A DNA stretch of 64,000 nt, from positions 5,763,186 to 5,827,185 of the forward strand of contig CM082589.2 in assembly GCA_040954595.2 (NCBI GenBank). Reading direction: 5' to 3'. The translations under genes and the position numbers were made by a program. The notes under the pieces were generated by a model. The model saw only the letters and a program-made list of their open reading frames with translations, was not told the origin of the DNA and did not search any database. Position 1 is the stretch's first letter. Every line of letters starts with the position of its first letter. Below, in pieces: positions 41,288 to 53,954 of the stretch. Origin of the DNA: Balanoglossus misakiensis. Taxonomy: Eukaryota > Animalia > Hemichordata.

Positions 41288-41293
41288 AATAAA
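41288..41293 (+). terminator. Polyadenylation hexamer of mos
   Basis: AATAAA ending a ~950-nt U-rich 3'UTR that contains CPE/PBE motifs. Confidence 0.6.
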
Positions 41294-44200
41294 AATGTCA
41301 AAAAATAGAAATTTGCTATATGTGCTTGTTAGAATGAGTCATTTCAAAAGGTGAATGAAATGTGAGCTGAAATTTATTTGTAATTATTTTTCGCGTGGAC
41401 ATGGACTGGTATTACATGCAAGCAAAAAGTGTTTACTTTGCGCCCAAATGTTCATATGCGATAAAACCCGGCCGTTTTACAGGGACGATATTTTCTTTTC
41501 AAAAGATGTCATTTGGTGTGATTTTCTTCAGTCAAATCTATTCCGGTCCCTGCTTTATAAGCGGTATTCTGGCAGTGCCGTCCGGGCGTCAATTTAGAGA
41601 GCTTGTCGTTCGTTTATTCAGCTGAACACGGGGGTCGTTGTGACGCCCGTGGAACCGCGCTCGTTTCTGGGCATCTATGTTGTCGTAATGTACGAATAGA
41701 CACGCAGAACCCGAGCCAGCCATTTCCAGCATTTCACATATTTCCCCTTTAATACCGGAAGAGAGGCCTTGCCGATCATTCAACGTCAGATGGCTCTTAA
41801 AATTATGTCCACAGCAAGAGAGCCATCACCAAGGACGCCTACCGATAAAACACGACAGTGATTGTAAAGCGATATTTCATAAATGTTTGTACAGTTTTCC
41901 CACGATCTTTTGGGGGTATACACTGGCTGTATGTTTTATAACGTGGACTGTCGTTGTTAAATTTGAGTCAAAACTTAAACTCTCTTCAGAATTTTCACTT
42001 ATATATATTTCACGTATACGGCGATGATGATCAGCAAAATTCTGAGCGTTTCAGTACCCTTTTAGGGTTTGAAAAAAAATGTATTTTGATATACACACAA
42101 GGACTACTGCAAACCATGCCCACTGTCCCATTTACGGCATATTACGTGATAGTTATGCTGTCCCATGCATGACAAAGGCATTACGTCACAGTTGCCATGA
42201 TTTGGAGTGAACTGTATTTGCAATGGTACTTGCATTTTCAATGGTACTTCGTTATTTATTCCACGTGCTGTGAAATCAGAAACCAGCAGAATCATGGTTA
42301 TTAAGAGATTTTATTTATACATTTCGCAGAAATCCATAATTATATAAATAACCCATTCAAAATTGTGCGGAAGATCAACCACGCCAATTGAACATTAGCG
42401 CATTAGCACATTAGCGTTTTCAGTGCTTTTCATCGGCTACCCCAAAACACTGGCAATCGTTCAACCTGGAAAAAAATGCTAAAATCTCCAACCAATCGTT
42501 TGCTTGGTAGGATATCAAGTTTTGTTACAGTTTTTTCTACGATTTTAGTTTTGAAGCGCCATTGCAGTACTGTTGACATCCCCCGGTGGCAAATGGAAAT
42601 CTTACGTATTCATGACACATGTGAACCAACGGAAACCATCATTACTTAGAGTTGTTTTGGGGAAATTCGAATAATTCTTCTACGAAGAAGTTACAAGTTG
42701 CAGGACGCCAACTTTCCATCGGTGTCAGATTCTATTAATCTCGCGTGGTTTGTGGGACCTTCTTTCACAATATCCCGTTGTCCAAATGTGCATGTTAGAG
42801 CGAGAGTGTTATACGAGAGTTGGCACTGCGCAGTAACACGACTGCGCATCATATCATGGAGATCTTACTGTACATGGATACAATTCTGTCAGAGCTGGTT
42901 ATTTCGCATAATCCAGCTGTTAATCCCACAACAATTTTCAATTACTTCAATCTACTGGGTGGTGTGTGTTTACGTCGAGTCATTGAAAAATGCCGACGTT
43001 TCGAAAGAGTGCAATATGACGCGAGTAACATCTAACCTGGCAGGAGTCGTGATAACGATGTTATGGCCCATCTATATTTTCGCTCTCTTTTTTATTATCT
43101 TTGCCTTTCCGTGTTTGCATTCATCGGCTGCATTTTCATGGTTCTTTAATTTTAAATACAATCTCCCGAAATAGACCGTCGCCATGACAACCCCAGGCAC
43201 CGAATGTTGGTTTTCCAATGATTCCAGCAGATCGCCGGATCGAGTGTTTCCATAGAGGGGTGATCATGCGCACACGGCGGTTATCAAACCCTGTTATTAG
43301 GACGTGTAGCGACAGCTGTTTGCATGATAGAACGCTAGGAAAATCCGATATAAAAAGTAGCATCGGATGAAACGACGGCTTGTGCAAAACGCAGTCGAAA
43401 TACTCGACGACCTTATTTTTGTCGACTTCATTAAGCGCACGCGCAGACACGCGTCGAAGGACAGTGTGGACAGGACTCGCTCCATCTGTTCATTGTTACC
43501 AGCAATTTCATGTTCTCGTCTGTTCGACCAGTTTTGAACCAGCGTCGTGCAAAATGCAGGTCTGGAACAAAGCTGTAACGCGCCAAGCTCAACAAGAGAA
43601 TTAAAACCCAAACTATTAATAGAAGGGATTAAAATGTATCCAGCAAAGTTCTATTTATTCAGTAGCCATATTTTTTATCGTTGATATTGATTACCAGCGA
43701 CAACAATAATATGTGTTTTCGTGACTGACCTTAATATATCGGATGCTCCACATGTTGAATTTTAATGAAACAAGAGAAATGTTGACCATGGACGGATAAT
43801 TTCATAGGTCTTTCCGGAATCCGTGTGTAATCGGATGAGTTCCACGCAATGTCTTGAATCAACTGCTGATGAACGTACGTGATATAAATATACCTTCTGC
43901 TTGATTTTGTTTGGAACAAATATTTCCAGAATTAAGAATCTAGATTATGCTGCAGTATTTCTACAAGGAGACGGATTTCTGCAACGAGACGTTGGTTCTA
44001 GGTAGAAAGGCCTTTCGGTTGTCTGCAACCCAACGCATACACTCGACATTCTTAAGCTCGACATATGCCTCATGTGGTCAAGCCCAAATTTCCATCCTCT
44101 GATATTCTGCAACAGAACGTTGCCCTTGGGTATTCTACAACCCAGCATTGCCGCTCAGTATAAGAGTAACTCAACTCAAAGATCGGTAATCTATTCTGTT

Positions 44201-47200
44201 CTGTTCCATTCTATTCTAGTCCGGTGTAGTCTAATCTCAGACTAGTCTAGTCTAAGTTTTGTCTAGTTCTGTTACAGCTCCCACAACCAAGAAAACGCCG
44301 GAAAACAGTAAACATTAACTTTATTGAACGAATATTAATGCACAATAACAAATCACATCACGCGGATGACTAATAATTAACTCCCAGTATTAGTTAGTGA
44401 AAATGTCGAGGTCATTTTCTGACCTATAAAATATAAATATTTTAAAACTGTACTTTCATGACTTTGGAAATATTCGGTTTGAAATTCGTTTTAAAACAAT
44501 GAAATTTAGAATCATAAAAAGAGCACATGTAACAGTAACAGATACATGTATTTGGTATTACACATCGCTCTACCAACTCTGTTTTCTGTTTTGGTCGACT
44601 CAGGTGTCGTGTTCATCGCAATGCAAGATTGAATACTCTGAAATTCGAACCGGTATTATGTGTGGGTACCGTATTATAGTTTGGGAATTATAAAAATACC
44701 GAGCGCGTGGGTGGTGTGTGACTCAGTGGCCGAATTGACGCGATTGGGTGGTCGTTTTTAGTTGTTCAGTAAGGATGGACGGTTAACGGGGGAAAGGCAG
44801 ACAGACCTAAGATGCGGGTGTGTCGTAAAAAAAGAATGATCAAACACCAAGGTTATAAGCGATTTCATTCATGGCTGACGCCCTCTCCCATTTGTTGCGT
44901 AAAACCCCACAAGGACGTGGATACACATTTCAAGATGAATTGATGAGCACCAATCACGGTGAAGTATACGTCTAAAAGACCAAGCCTTCCTCTCGTCCAT
45001 TTGTCTGGCACCTGGCCAGATGAATCCAGATAAATTTCAACTTAGGGAAACCATCACGCTTTCATTTTCCGCGGCGAGAGTCCCATTCCCAGCTCATAAA
45101 TATGTACCTCATTACCGCGATGATAACATGCAAAATGCGACCTTTACAGACGCCCACTCACTTGTCTAATTATAGTATCACATGTTTATTATCTATTCAA
45201 ACAATATGCACCCACCTTCATGATAGATGAAATGTGCTTACGGCCCACATTTCCCGCCAAAAGTAAAACAGATGACAATATAATTTAAACACATTGTATC
45301 TGTTGTTTGTTTTATTATTCAATCAAATCATGACACGCGTTTAAAAAATTAGCCGTGTAGTTCTTATTTAATGAATGATCCATCTTTGCTGGTATACATA
45401 TCGTTAACTTAGTGCGAATATATTTTTTAAAACCTTGGGAATATGAAAGAGATAATTGTTGCCATTGATACTGATACCCATAAAATGGAGGTTGGATCAT
45501 CCAATTCTCAATAAGTGCGATAAACGTGTACTTCGTGTAGTACTAGCCGTCACGTTCGTACTATAGTAATGGTAGTATTGGTGATGGTGTTGGTAGTTGT
45601 TGTAATGTTTGTAGCACTCGTGATGGTAGTAATCGTAGTTTCCAAAAGTGATATTTATTCATCATTCAGTCCCTTGTTTAAAAAGATACTAACCAGGTAT
45701 GAAAGGAAGTCTCCCGTTTTATGATAAAAAGAGAGAAAATTATTGACATGACAATGTTATGTCAAGTTAAATTACAACATGCTTATATTCCAATATCCAT
45801 CAATGGGTAGAATTTCTCACCGAACATAGTCAATTACTAGTAATAAGAACACTTAGAATTAAGTGAAAATGTTAAATATGCAAATTTGGAGGCACGTGAA
45901 ATGATGACCCCTCAGTGAGTGACGTCACATCCTGTTCTATTTTTTTGCGGTATGACATATCATGCATCGTTCAACTTTTCACCCTTTCGTAGCAGACATA
46001 ATTCAAATGTTTGTTATAGCATGAGTTGGAGTGCACACATTCAATAGTGTGTTGCTGTTCCAGAGTTCAAACTCAAAATCCCACAAGCAAAATGCCAGGA
46101 TGTGGTGGGGTCATAGGTCACACAGAGGTCATGATGGTGGCCATTTGCAATAATTCCGGAAGTACATGTGATGTGTACGCGTAAAAAAGTTCATAAAGCG
46201 CGCAAATCAACAGGTGGTTTTCAAGTAAATGTTAAACGTCTCTCCCTTGAATGAATATAAGATCAACATGTATTGCAAAAGTTCATCAAATATGTGAATG
46301 CGCTTATTACCAGTATATGAGAGAATAATATACAGTTGTCTTAACGAAAGTGTGAAAAAAAAACGTTTATGTCGAACACGACCATTTATTGTGTTTAGGG
46401 GTTGGAACAAGAAAGTTTGTAAACGAGATGAATATTGTCAAGTACTACTTGACAATAGCCAGCCACGTGGTCCATGTTTCATCAATTGTCTTTTTATCAA
46501 ATAATGCATACCCAGTACCTCTGTGCTTTTCTTCTCAACCTTTTCTACCCTGAACATTCCCCTGTGTTATCTGAAAGAATATGCGTCATTAAGCAAAGCA
46601 TAATGGGTGAGAAACTATGGGAAATGTATTTACATTTACATGTGAATGAAACGTAGCTAGGATTGCGTACGATTTTCGCTTGTGTGTGTTTTAAGCTTGT
46701 TGGGGCATGTTGATTTGCGTCATTAAGGCGGAGAAACTGACATGAACTACATGTAGTTACTTTTCGGATAAAAGAATATGACATTCTGACAATACAGACA
46801 CTGGATAAAATAATGAATAGATAAAAAGGTTGTTCCCGTCGTCGTACCAATCTAGGTTCGTACCACTCCGAAAGGTGTTAGTAGAAAATAATATAGCGAT
46901 TGCCGAAATAACGAGGCATCTTCGATAAGTATGAGTATGCGCGCGTCATCGTGGTTCAGGAGTTCCAATGATGTGTAACACGGTGACAGGCGAAAATGCT
47001 TACCCTCACATTTTCAAATAGTTGAAAATAGTTGCATCGCCACGGGCACGGTAGCCGCGTTGAGTGTAACACGGGTGTGGCCGAGTGCTGCCATAGCAAC
47101 AGCCCGTTCGATCAAATAGCAGGTAGAGGGTATATAACTGGACGGTTCTAAATTTGTGAGGGGTGGGGGCGTGTGGCTTATCGTGAGCGAAGGGAGATAT

Positions 47201-50136
47201 CCCAGGCCATCAGGCATTTTTGTTATATTGGATTCTAGTTTGAAACTTTACCAATTCTTTTCCGTTTTTTGAACTGGGTCAATTTTGTTCTCTTTTATTT
47301 CAGAACAACAATTGCTATCATCAGATGGCACTTTTTATTCTATTGCATATTAGAAAGTTAGGTTGTGCTTACTAAAACCAGCCTGCCTGCCATCTATATT
47401 CATAATCAACCGCACGATGACATATTTTTGTACGTACCATAAATAATGACAATACTTAGCTCCTGCATGTATTATAATATGTCTGCTTACGTCATTTGAT
47501 TACGTTTTCCCGGGGTCACCAAAGCACCACATGGTCGTTACATAAACGTAAGGACGGTTATTGACCCCCGCCGACACACTACTTTCGTTCAAATTAATAT
47601 TCGCGTATCTAACCGGCTGTTTCCAGGTTTAGTGCTACAAATTTAAAGCGAAACCTTTGCAGAACCTGATAACACACGTCCTGTCTATATATTGACTGGC
47701 TAATTAGAGATCCCATAAAGTAGTTCTCATTGGAAGCAAAGGCGTGCCTGCCCACTGATATTAATGCAGCTGTGGTGATATTCCCCGGAATAAAGTGCGG
47801 CGCGAAAAAAGTCAAATTTTACATTTTTGAACCACGCGTTACTCTTTTGGTATTTTTTCCAGTGAGATATTATTCATATTGTTCAACGTAGTATGTATAA
47901 ATTACTGTACAACACATTTAACGCAAAATGATGTATTACCATATGTACCTTGATCACGCCTGGTTACATCTTCGGACAGCCCCTGTGACAAATTTGTTTT
48001 CTGGGCCATATTTACGAGTGACTGGTTTTCGACATATCGTAGTATTTGGCAGGGCTGTTCCGTTGATGGGGATTGATGTATAGCGGGTGCCACAGGATGG
48101 GCAGGGACGCTTACTATTTTCGAGACACCTGACATCACTTATTCATTTCTTGGTCTTTGGACCTGTTCTGTGTGCCTTTTTTGGTTGTCTTCTGTTTGTC
48201 TTTTCTGTGAGCATGTTTATACGCCTTTTCCCTTCACTGCCACGACAAGGTTACATGCATATAGCAAGTTTTTCTTTGACCTTTTTTTTTTATAAAAGTT
48301 GTTGAAAAGGGACATTGTTGCCCCTATCTATAAAACATAAAAGGGACTCCTGGCTTTTTGCATGGCTCAGACTTTGTTCCCCCATATTTCCATACAATCA
48401 CGCAATGCAATGGAATATCTTAAATTTTTACCAAATTGAAAAATACAATAGCTCTAATTTAAGTTTTACATAAGCTTGGCATGTATCTGTAGCATATTTG
48501 AATAGCAACAATACAATAGCATACGTTGAGGTTATTGACCCCTGTGACTTGTCGCGACCAGAAACATGACCTTTAGAAATGCCCTGGTCGTGCCTAAACT
48601 TGCCGTTTCAAAGAATAAAACCTTTTCAATGGACTGTTCGGGTTTAAGCAAGGGCGGAGCAAAAGGGGAAGGGGGGGGGGGGGGTCATTTAATTTTTCGA
48701 AAAATCTATTTGGGCAATTCATAGTGATAATTTCTTTTAAAAAACAATTTTATGGTTTTCTTTGTCCACTTTTGCGAAGTTTTCTGTGTACCTTTTGCAC
48801 GCAATGTTATTTTATTAGATCTAGATTTTTGCATCAAAGTGTACAAAAATATCACTCGGTTATGTGGTTTAAAATTTACTCGGGAAAAAAATTGTTGACT
48901 GAGAGTCAAAGACACAGACATTGTATGGGACGTACGCCACCTGTGTGCCTTTGAAAAACATACGGCATTTCATGTAACGTGACCAGACTGAATGCAGCCT
49001 GGCAGGTAGTTCAGTTTTCCCAGTGAAGTCACAGGTCAAAATAGGACAATATATTTTACAGACTTCTCAAAATAGAAATCTCCATTTCATGGCGCTGAAA
49101 ATAGAAATGTAAATTTTATAGATTTTCTGTACCTATATCTCTTCTGTATACAATATGTTCCTTATGTCTTAAATTTCTGTTCATTTAGACCTGCTTTTAC
49201 CAAAATCGTCTCAGTTTCAAACATCCTTATATTAGGTAATTTTTAGCCGACAGAAATTTTGCAGGTTCTGCAGACTGGACAGACAGATATACCCACTGCT
49301 GTGTTAAGATACATGTGGTTTCAAAGCGCATTGAACAAAATTCCAACTGTGGGAATATGTGCTGGCAATGAAATGTCGTCTCCTTCACTTGCAGCAACGA
49401 CCTTGCTGCACAGACAGCGGTAGACAGACAAAGAGCGAGTTTCATTCATCAGTGTGACGGCGTGTCACGCTAAATAGAAGACTACAGATGTAGGTTGGAA
49501 AATGTTGATGACGGGAATCCCAATGAATACCACTGACTGTCATTTTTCTGGAAAGATGCCAAAAACTTACAAAAACGTAAATTTTTCATGTAGTCTTTCT
49601 TTTTAGTAAAAAATATTGCCTTTTGGTATAAAGGTTGCTAAAGGTTGGAAGAGAGAGACAGCGAAAAATTAAAAAAAAAACAGACAACATAAATTGGTCC
49701 AGGTGTGTAGGAAGCACCATATTTATCTGTCTGTATCTTTTGCTTTCTAATTTATGGCACATTCATGTCCTCTGACCCCAATGAACGATGGCAGAGAAAT
49801 AATTTATTCAAAATGGCAAATTCTCACTACCAAAATGTTCTACACATGTGTAAGATCCTTGTAAAAACACATTTTTGATCACATAGCCTTAATTTTCTGT
49901 AAAAGAAAAACTCACTCAAAACACTTTGTGTGTGACACAAAAACTGAGAAGATTTATTCACAGTTACATGACGGCCATAAACATCAGAATTCACATGACA
50001 CGGTCTTCCATTCAGCAAGTGAAGAAACTCCTGTTCAATGACAGGGACATTTAGATGTATTAACTGAAAACAGAGAAAATGGATAAAATGTACAGTGAAA
50101 ATAAAAATTAAGGAGTTGTGGCTGAAATCTTTGATT

Positions 50137-53100
50137 TCACATGAAATCATCAGAATCATATCCTGCATCTTGGTTACTTGTCATCTTGTCTGATGTCATC
50201 AGTGATGAATAATTCCTGTAAAGAGAGAATCAGAAATCAGAATTAATCAGAGTGTTTGAATTTCTTCTAATTATTTATGTCGATAAATTTCATTACACAG
50301 TACCACTGTATCAAAGCATTTCTAGATTTTTTCAGATTAATCGGAACATCTTTCTGAGAGGCTTACGATGAGAAAAAGATAAAAAAAAAACATTGCCAGT
50401 AAAATGCAATATGAAATGAAAACATTTAAAGAGAATGGCCACCATACTGGATTCTATCGATGATTTAATAATGAGGCTCCGATTAGCTATGGACGCGTTC
50501 CGCGTTTAGAGAGAATCAGGTCCTGGCATGTCTGAAAATGACTGGGCATATACCAAGTGAAAACTGTATCAGTCCTTGTGGCATGGCTGCATGGAAATTG
50601 AAATGTTCGTGTGACCGATGGTTTAACCTAAAATGCACAGGTGCATGCAAAGATGAACAGATGGAATATTGTGTGTTTTGGATCAGATTTGAAACAACAG
50701 GGAAAGTATTCAAATAGAATCACCTCTACATGACCTTATATCCTACCGGTAGTATTTTCGTTGGTATGAATCCAGTAGTTTGGTTAAACTTTTTAAACGA
50801 AATTCCAAAAATCAGTGGCTTCATTCACAAAACTGCATGCACTGATAATTAATTTCATGCAAGATTTTACATGTTTCTAGCACCAAAATGTTGAAGTTTG
50901 GAAATACCAGGAATTAAGGTCATGTAGGGGTCAGGAAAAAAATTGAGGATGAAATGAGCAAAGGGTCTACTGCATTTACTTAAGTTCTGCCTCCTCTTGT
51001 CTCCTCTTAGCCTCGTCTTTTTCTTTCTTGCGTATCTCTGCTTCTTTCTTCCTATCTTTGGCCCTCTCTTCCCTGTCCCTCTGTTCGCGCTCGGCCTGAA
51101 GGTCCGGTTTTCGTTCTTCTTTCGTTTTATTCAGTCTGTTCACAATTTCGTTTAGCCTTTTTTCAACCTTCATGGTTTTGACCTGAAAATCCAAGTGACA
51201 TTTGTTTGATGTTTCAATGCAAGCCACTTTCTCAATTTTTTACTCATGAATTGCGGAGATTGGGAACCTGGGTGACCCGGGTTCACCTCTTTGAACTCTG
51301 ACTGGAATTAATGTGATGTCAGAGGTCACTAGGGATCAAAGGTCACCAGTGACCAATGCCTACTAGTAGTGATGAACTTGGATGAGAGGTGGTAGTGCCT
51401 GTGGTGTATGTCATGTTCATGTTCATAGATTCTTTGATGCCTACAAACCTCTTTCTGTCTGTGGAAACCCACTTGCCCGACATCCATGCCGCTGGTTTTC
51501 TTTAAATTCAAAAATGGAGTGTAAACTATTCCAACATTGTTTTCTTTATTACCTGGTAAAACAGATGGGAAAATGACACCATTGTTAAGGCTAAAATATG
51601 ACAGTTCAAACATTTCGTTTGGCGTGTCATAAACATCTGCACATTGAAGTCAGCAAATGCTGCAACAGGTGGGAGTTTTCCCCTTACTATTTCTGTTCAT
51701 TGCAAGCAACATTGTTCAAATATGTTTTCGGTGGACAAAGCTCACTGCATTCAAAAACACCTGTGTTCGTACTGAGGGCCACTTGAAAAATAGACTGACA
51801 TTTCAGAGCGGTGTGTTTGAAAAACATAAATGTATGTCACTGTGACAACAATGAAGTACACACTGTATGTCGCTTTGGTGAAATTATTTCAATGTATAAA
51901 GGAAGGACTTGAATGATTAAAAGTCAAGAGTCACTGTGTTGTACTGACTACCAAGAGAAAATTCTCAATTGTACATTCATTGCACGCAACAGTACTGTCA
52001 ATGTAGATGCTCAAAAATGCTACAGGTGGCAGTACTGCACAGTAGTCATTGCTTTTTTAATTATAGAGGGCGCTATTTGGGTGAAAGTTGGTAAATGGTC
52101 ATGAGTGTCTCTACACAACCTGGCTATAGAGGGCACAATTTTTCCGGAAAAATTCCATTCTGAGTGAAAGAACAAGGTCTGGTCACAAAAAATGACAAGC
52201 TGAATTTGGAAATTTGGAAAAAATAATCATGATATCCTACCGGTAATGCTGTTTGCTTTGACCAGCTGTGCACAGTCTTCCAATACAGCAGTGGGAATAC
52301 TATCTATGGTGTCACCTGGATGGAGTCTTAAGTACACGTGGGCTGACGACAGCTTATCAACATGGAACCTGTGCAGAGATCAGTTCAATGAGGTCATCAA
52401 AGTCTACGTCTTGAATAGGCAATGAATGCTTCTTACATAACAACATGCCCTCTGGAGAGCAAAATTCCGAACTCTAGGAGACATGGATGTAAAGGTCATA
52501 TTGGGTCATGAAAGTGGTCTCAAGCCCCTTAATTATACTCACCAGACATCTTCTGGAAAACCCCATCGTAAAAGTTCTTCATCTGCCACAACAAAAAAAG
52601 GCATGCTATCATTAGAGTTTGACAGACCATGTTCAGTAGTTCTCACATACATCCATGTTATATTCTGACTAAATCCCATAAGTTTTGTGTATACAATTAT
52701 AGGCATTTGTAAAATATCAAATGAGAGCTGCTTAAAGTTTGCTTTCAAGGTGACAATTTATCATCACTGTCGCGGTATAGAATACACTACTGCTCCACGT
52801 TGATACTTACTTTCATATTTGTCTAAACCCATGTAAATTGAATATGGTGGACTGACCACTGAAATACAAAAAAAATCAAATTAAATCAGTAACTAGTAAT
52901 AAATACAAGTGTGAAATATTAACTGATAATACTAGCAAAACTATTTTTGAAATAAATGTACATGTATGTATATGTATGTATGTATTGTATGTACATGTAT
53001 GTATGTATGTATGTATGTATGTATGTATGTATGTATGTATGTATGTATGTATGTATGTATGTATGTATGTATGTATGTATGTATGTATGTATGTATGTAT

Positions 53101-53250
53101 GTATGTATGTATGTATGTATGTTTCATTGTATGTATGTTTCATTGTATGTAATACATGTATGTATCAATGAATCATTGTGTGATCATCGGGGATCAAGGG
53201 ATGGCCAGGAGATCCGTACACCTACCGTTACTTATAAAATAAAAAACCAT
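50137..53250 (-). CDS. CCDC25: Coiled-coil domain-containing protein 25 (NFACT-R family), 7 exons, 208 aa
   Basis: Exons 53250-53226, 52858-52811, 52582-52543, 52368-52241, 51552-51449, 51182-50980, 50215-50137 (627 nt, all GT-AG, phases consistent). Translation [53 protein letters not shown]...[20 protein letters not shown]...YSSLM...DSDDFM matches recalled CCDC25 end to end. Confidence 0.96.
52958..53163. repeat. (TATG)n microsatellite in CCDC25 intron 1
   Basis: About 30 perfect TATG units plus degenerate flanks. Confidence 0.97.
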
Positions 53251-53714
53251 GGTTTCTGATCATCTCTGGCCGCTCCCACCTTTGAAGCACTCTCAGTGTT
53301 GACCCAGGACAAGGAATCCAATAGCAATGACAACCGGAAGCAACCGATCGCCCTGGTCCACGTTTCCAGCTCTGTTATGAAGTTACGATATTTATAGTAT
53401 AGAGTTCGTTTTGGACATAAAAACATAGTCTGTAAGCTCTAAAGGTGTTATGTTTATCTGTGTTATTTTATTATTTTTATATTTTTTACAATTCTTTATG
53501 AAATTTAAGCGGTGTCAAATTAGAAGAAAGTGATACTAAAAATAATTTCGAACATACAAGCTGCATTTTACTTCTTGCATATGACGTCATACAAAATGGC
53601 GTCATGATGCAAGAAGGAGTGCTTGGAAACATATCTACGTGAAGTTTTGTGGAATAATTGCGTTCACGCGCTCTTTAGCAGTCTTATAACGATTTCTACA
53701 GAACGGGACACAAG
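53251..53714. promoter_or_regulatory. Bidirectional promoter region between CCDC25 and BLCAP
   Basis: The two divergent ATGs are separated by only 464 bp. Contains ETS ACCGGAAG 53333-40, CRE TGACGTCA 53582-89 and YY1 AAAATGGCG 53593-601. Confidence 0.7.
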
Positions 53715-53954
53715 ATGTACTGCTTGCAGTGGCTGCTTCCCGTGTTGCTGATTCCTAAACCTTTGGTCAGCCCCGCATTTTTACATAACCATGCCATGTT
53801 CATGGCGTTATACCTGGCCAGTTTCTTTCTGGAGAGGAAGCCTTGTACAATATGTAGTGCGGTGTTCATCGCAGCTGTTTTCCTCTTGTGCTACAGCTGC
53901 ACCGGGAGTTGCCTCTTCTTCGATTGCGGGGAAACGTGTACAGAAAACCAATAA
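53715..53954 (+). CDS. BLCAP: Bladder cancer-associated protein (BC10 family), 79 aa, single coding exon
   Basis: [17 protein letters not shown]...[10 protein letters not shown]...CYSC matches the recalled, highly conserved BLCAP sequence. Confidence 0.97.
   Translation: MYCLQWLLPVLLIPKPLVSPAFLHNHAMFMALYLASFFLERKPCTICSAVFIAAVFLLCYSCTGSCLFFDCGETCTENQ

Noticed and set aside
42698-43611. Several 70-158 aa ORFs between mos and CCDC25
   Set aside because: No recognisable domains and no consistent exon chain could be built.
52876-53259. (YIHT)n / (MYVC)n ORFs
   Set aside because: Artefacts of the (TATG)n microsatellite.
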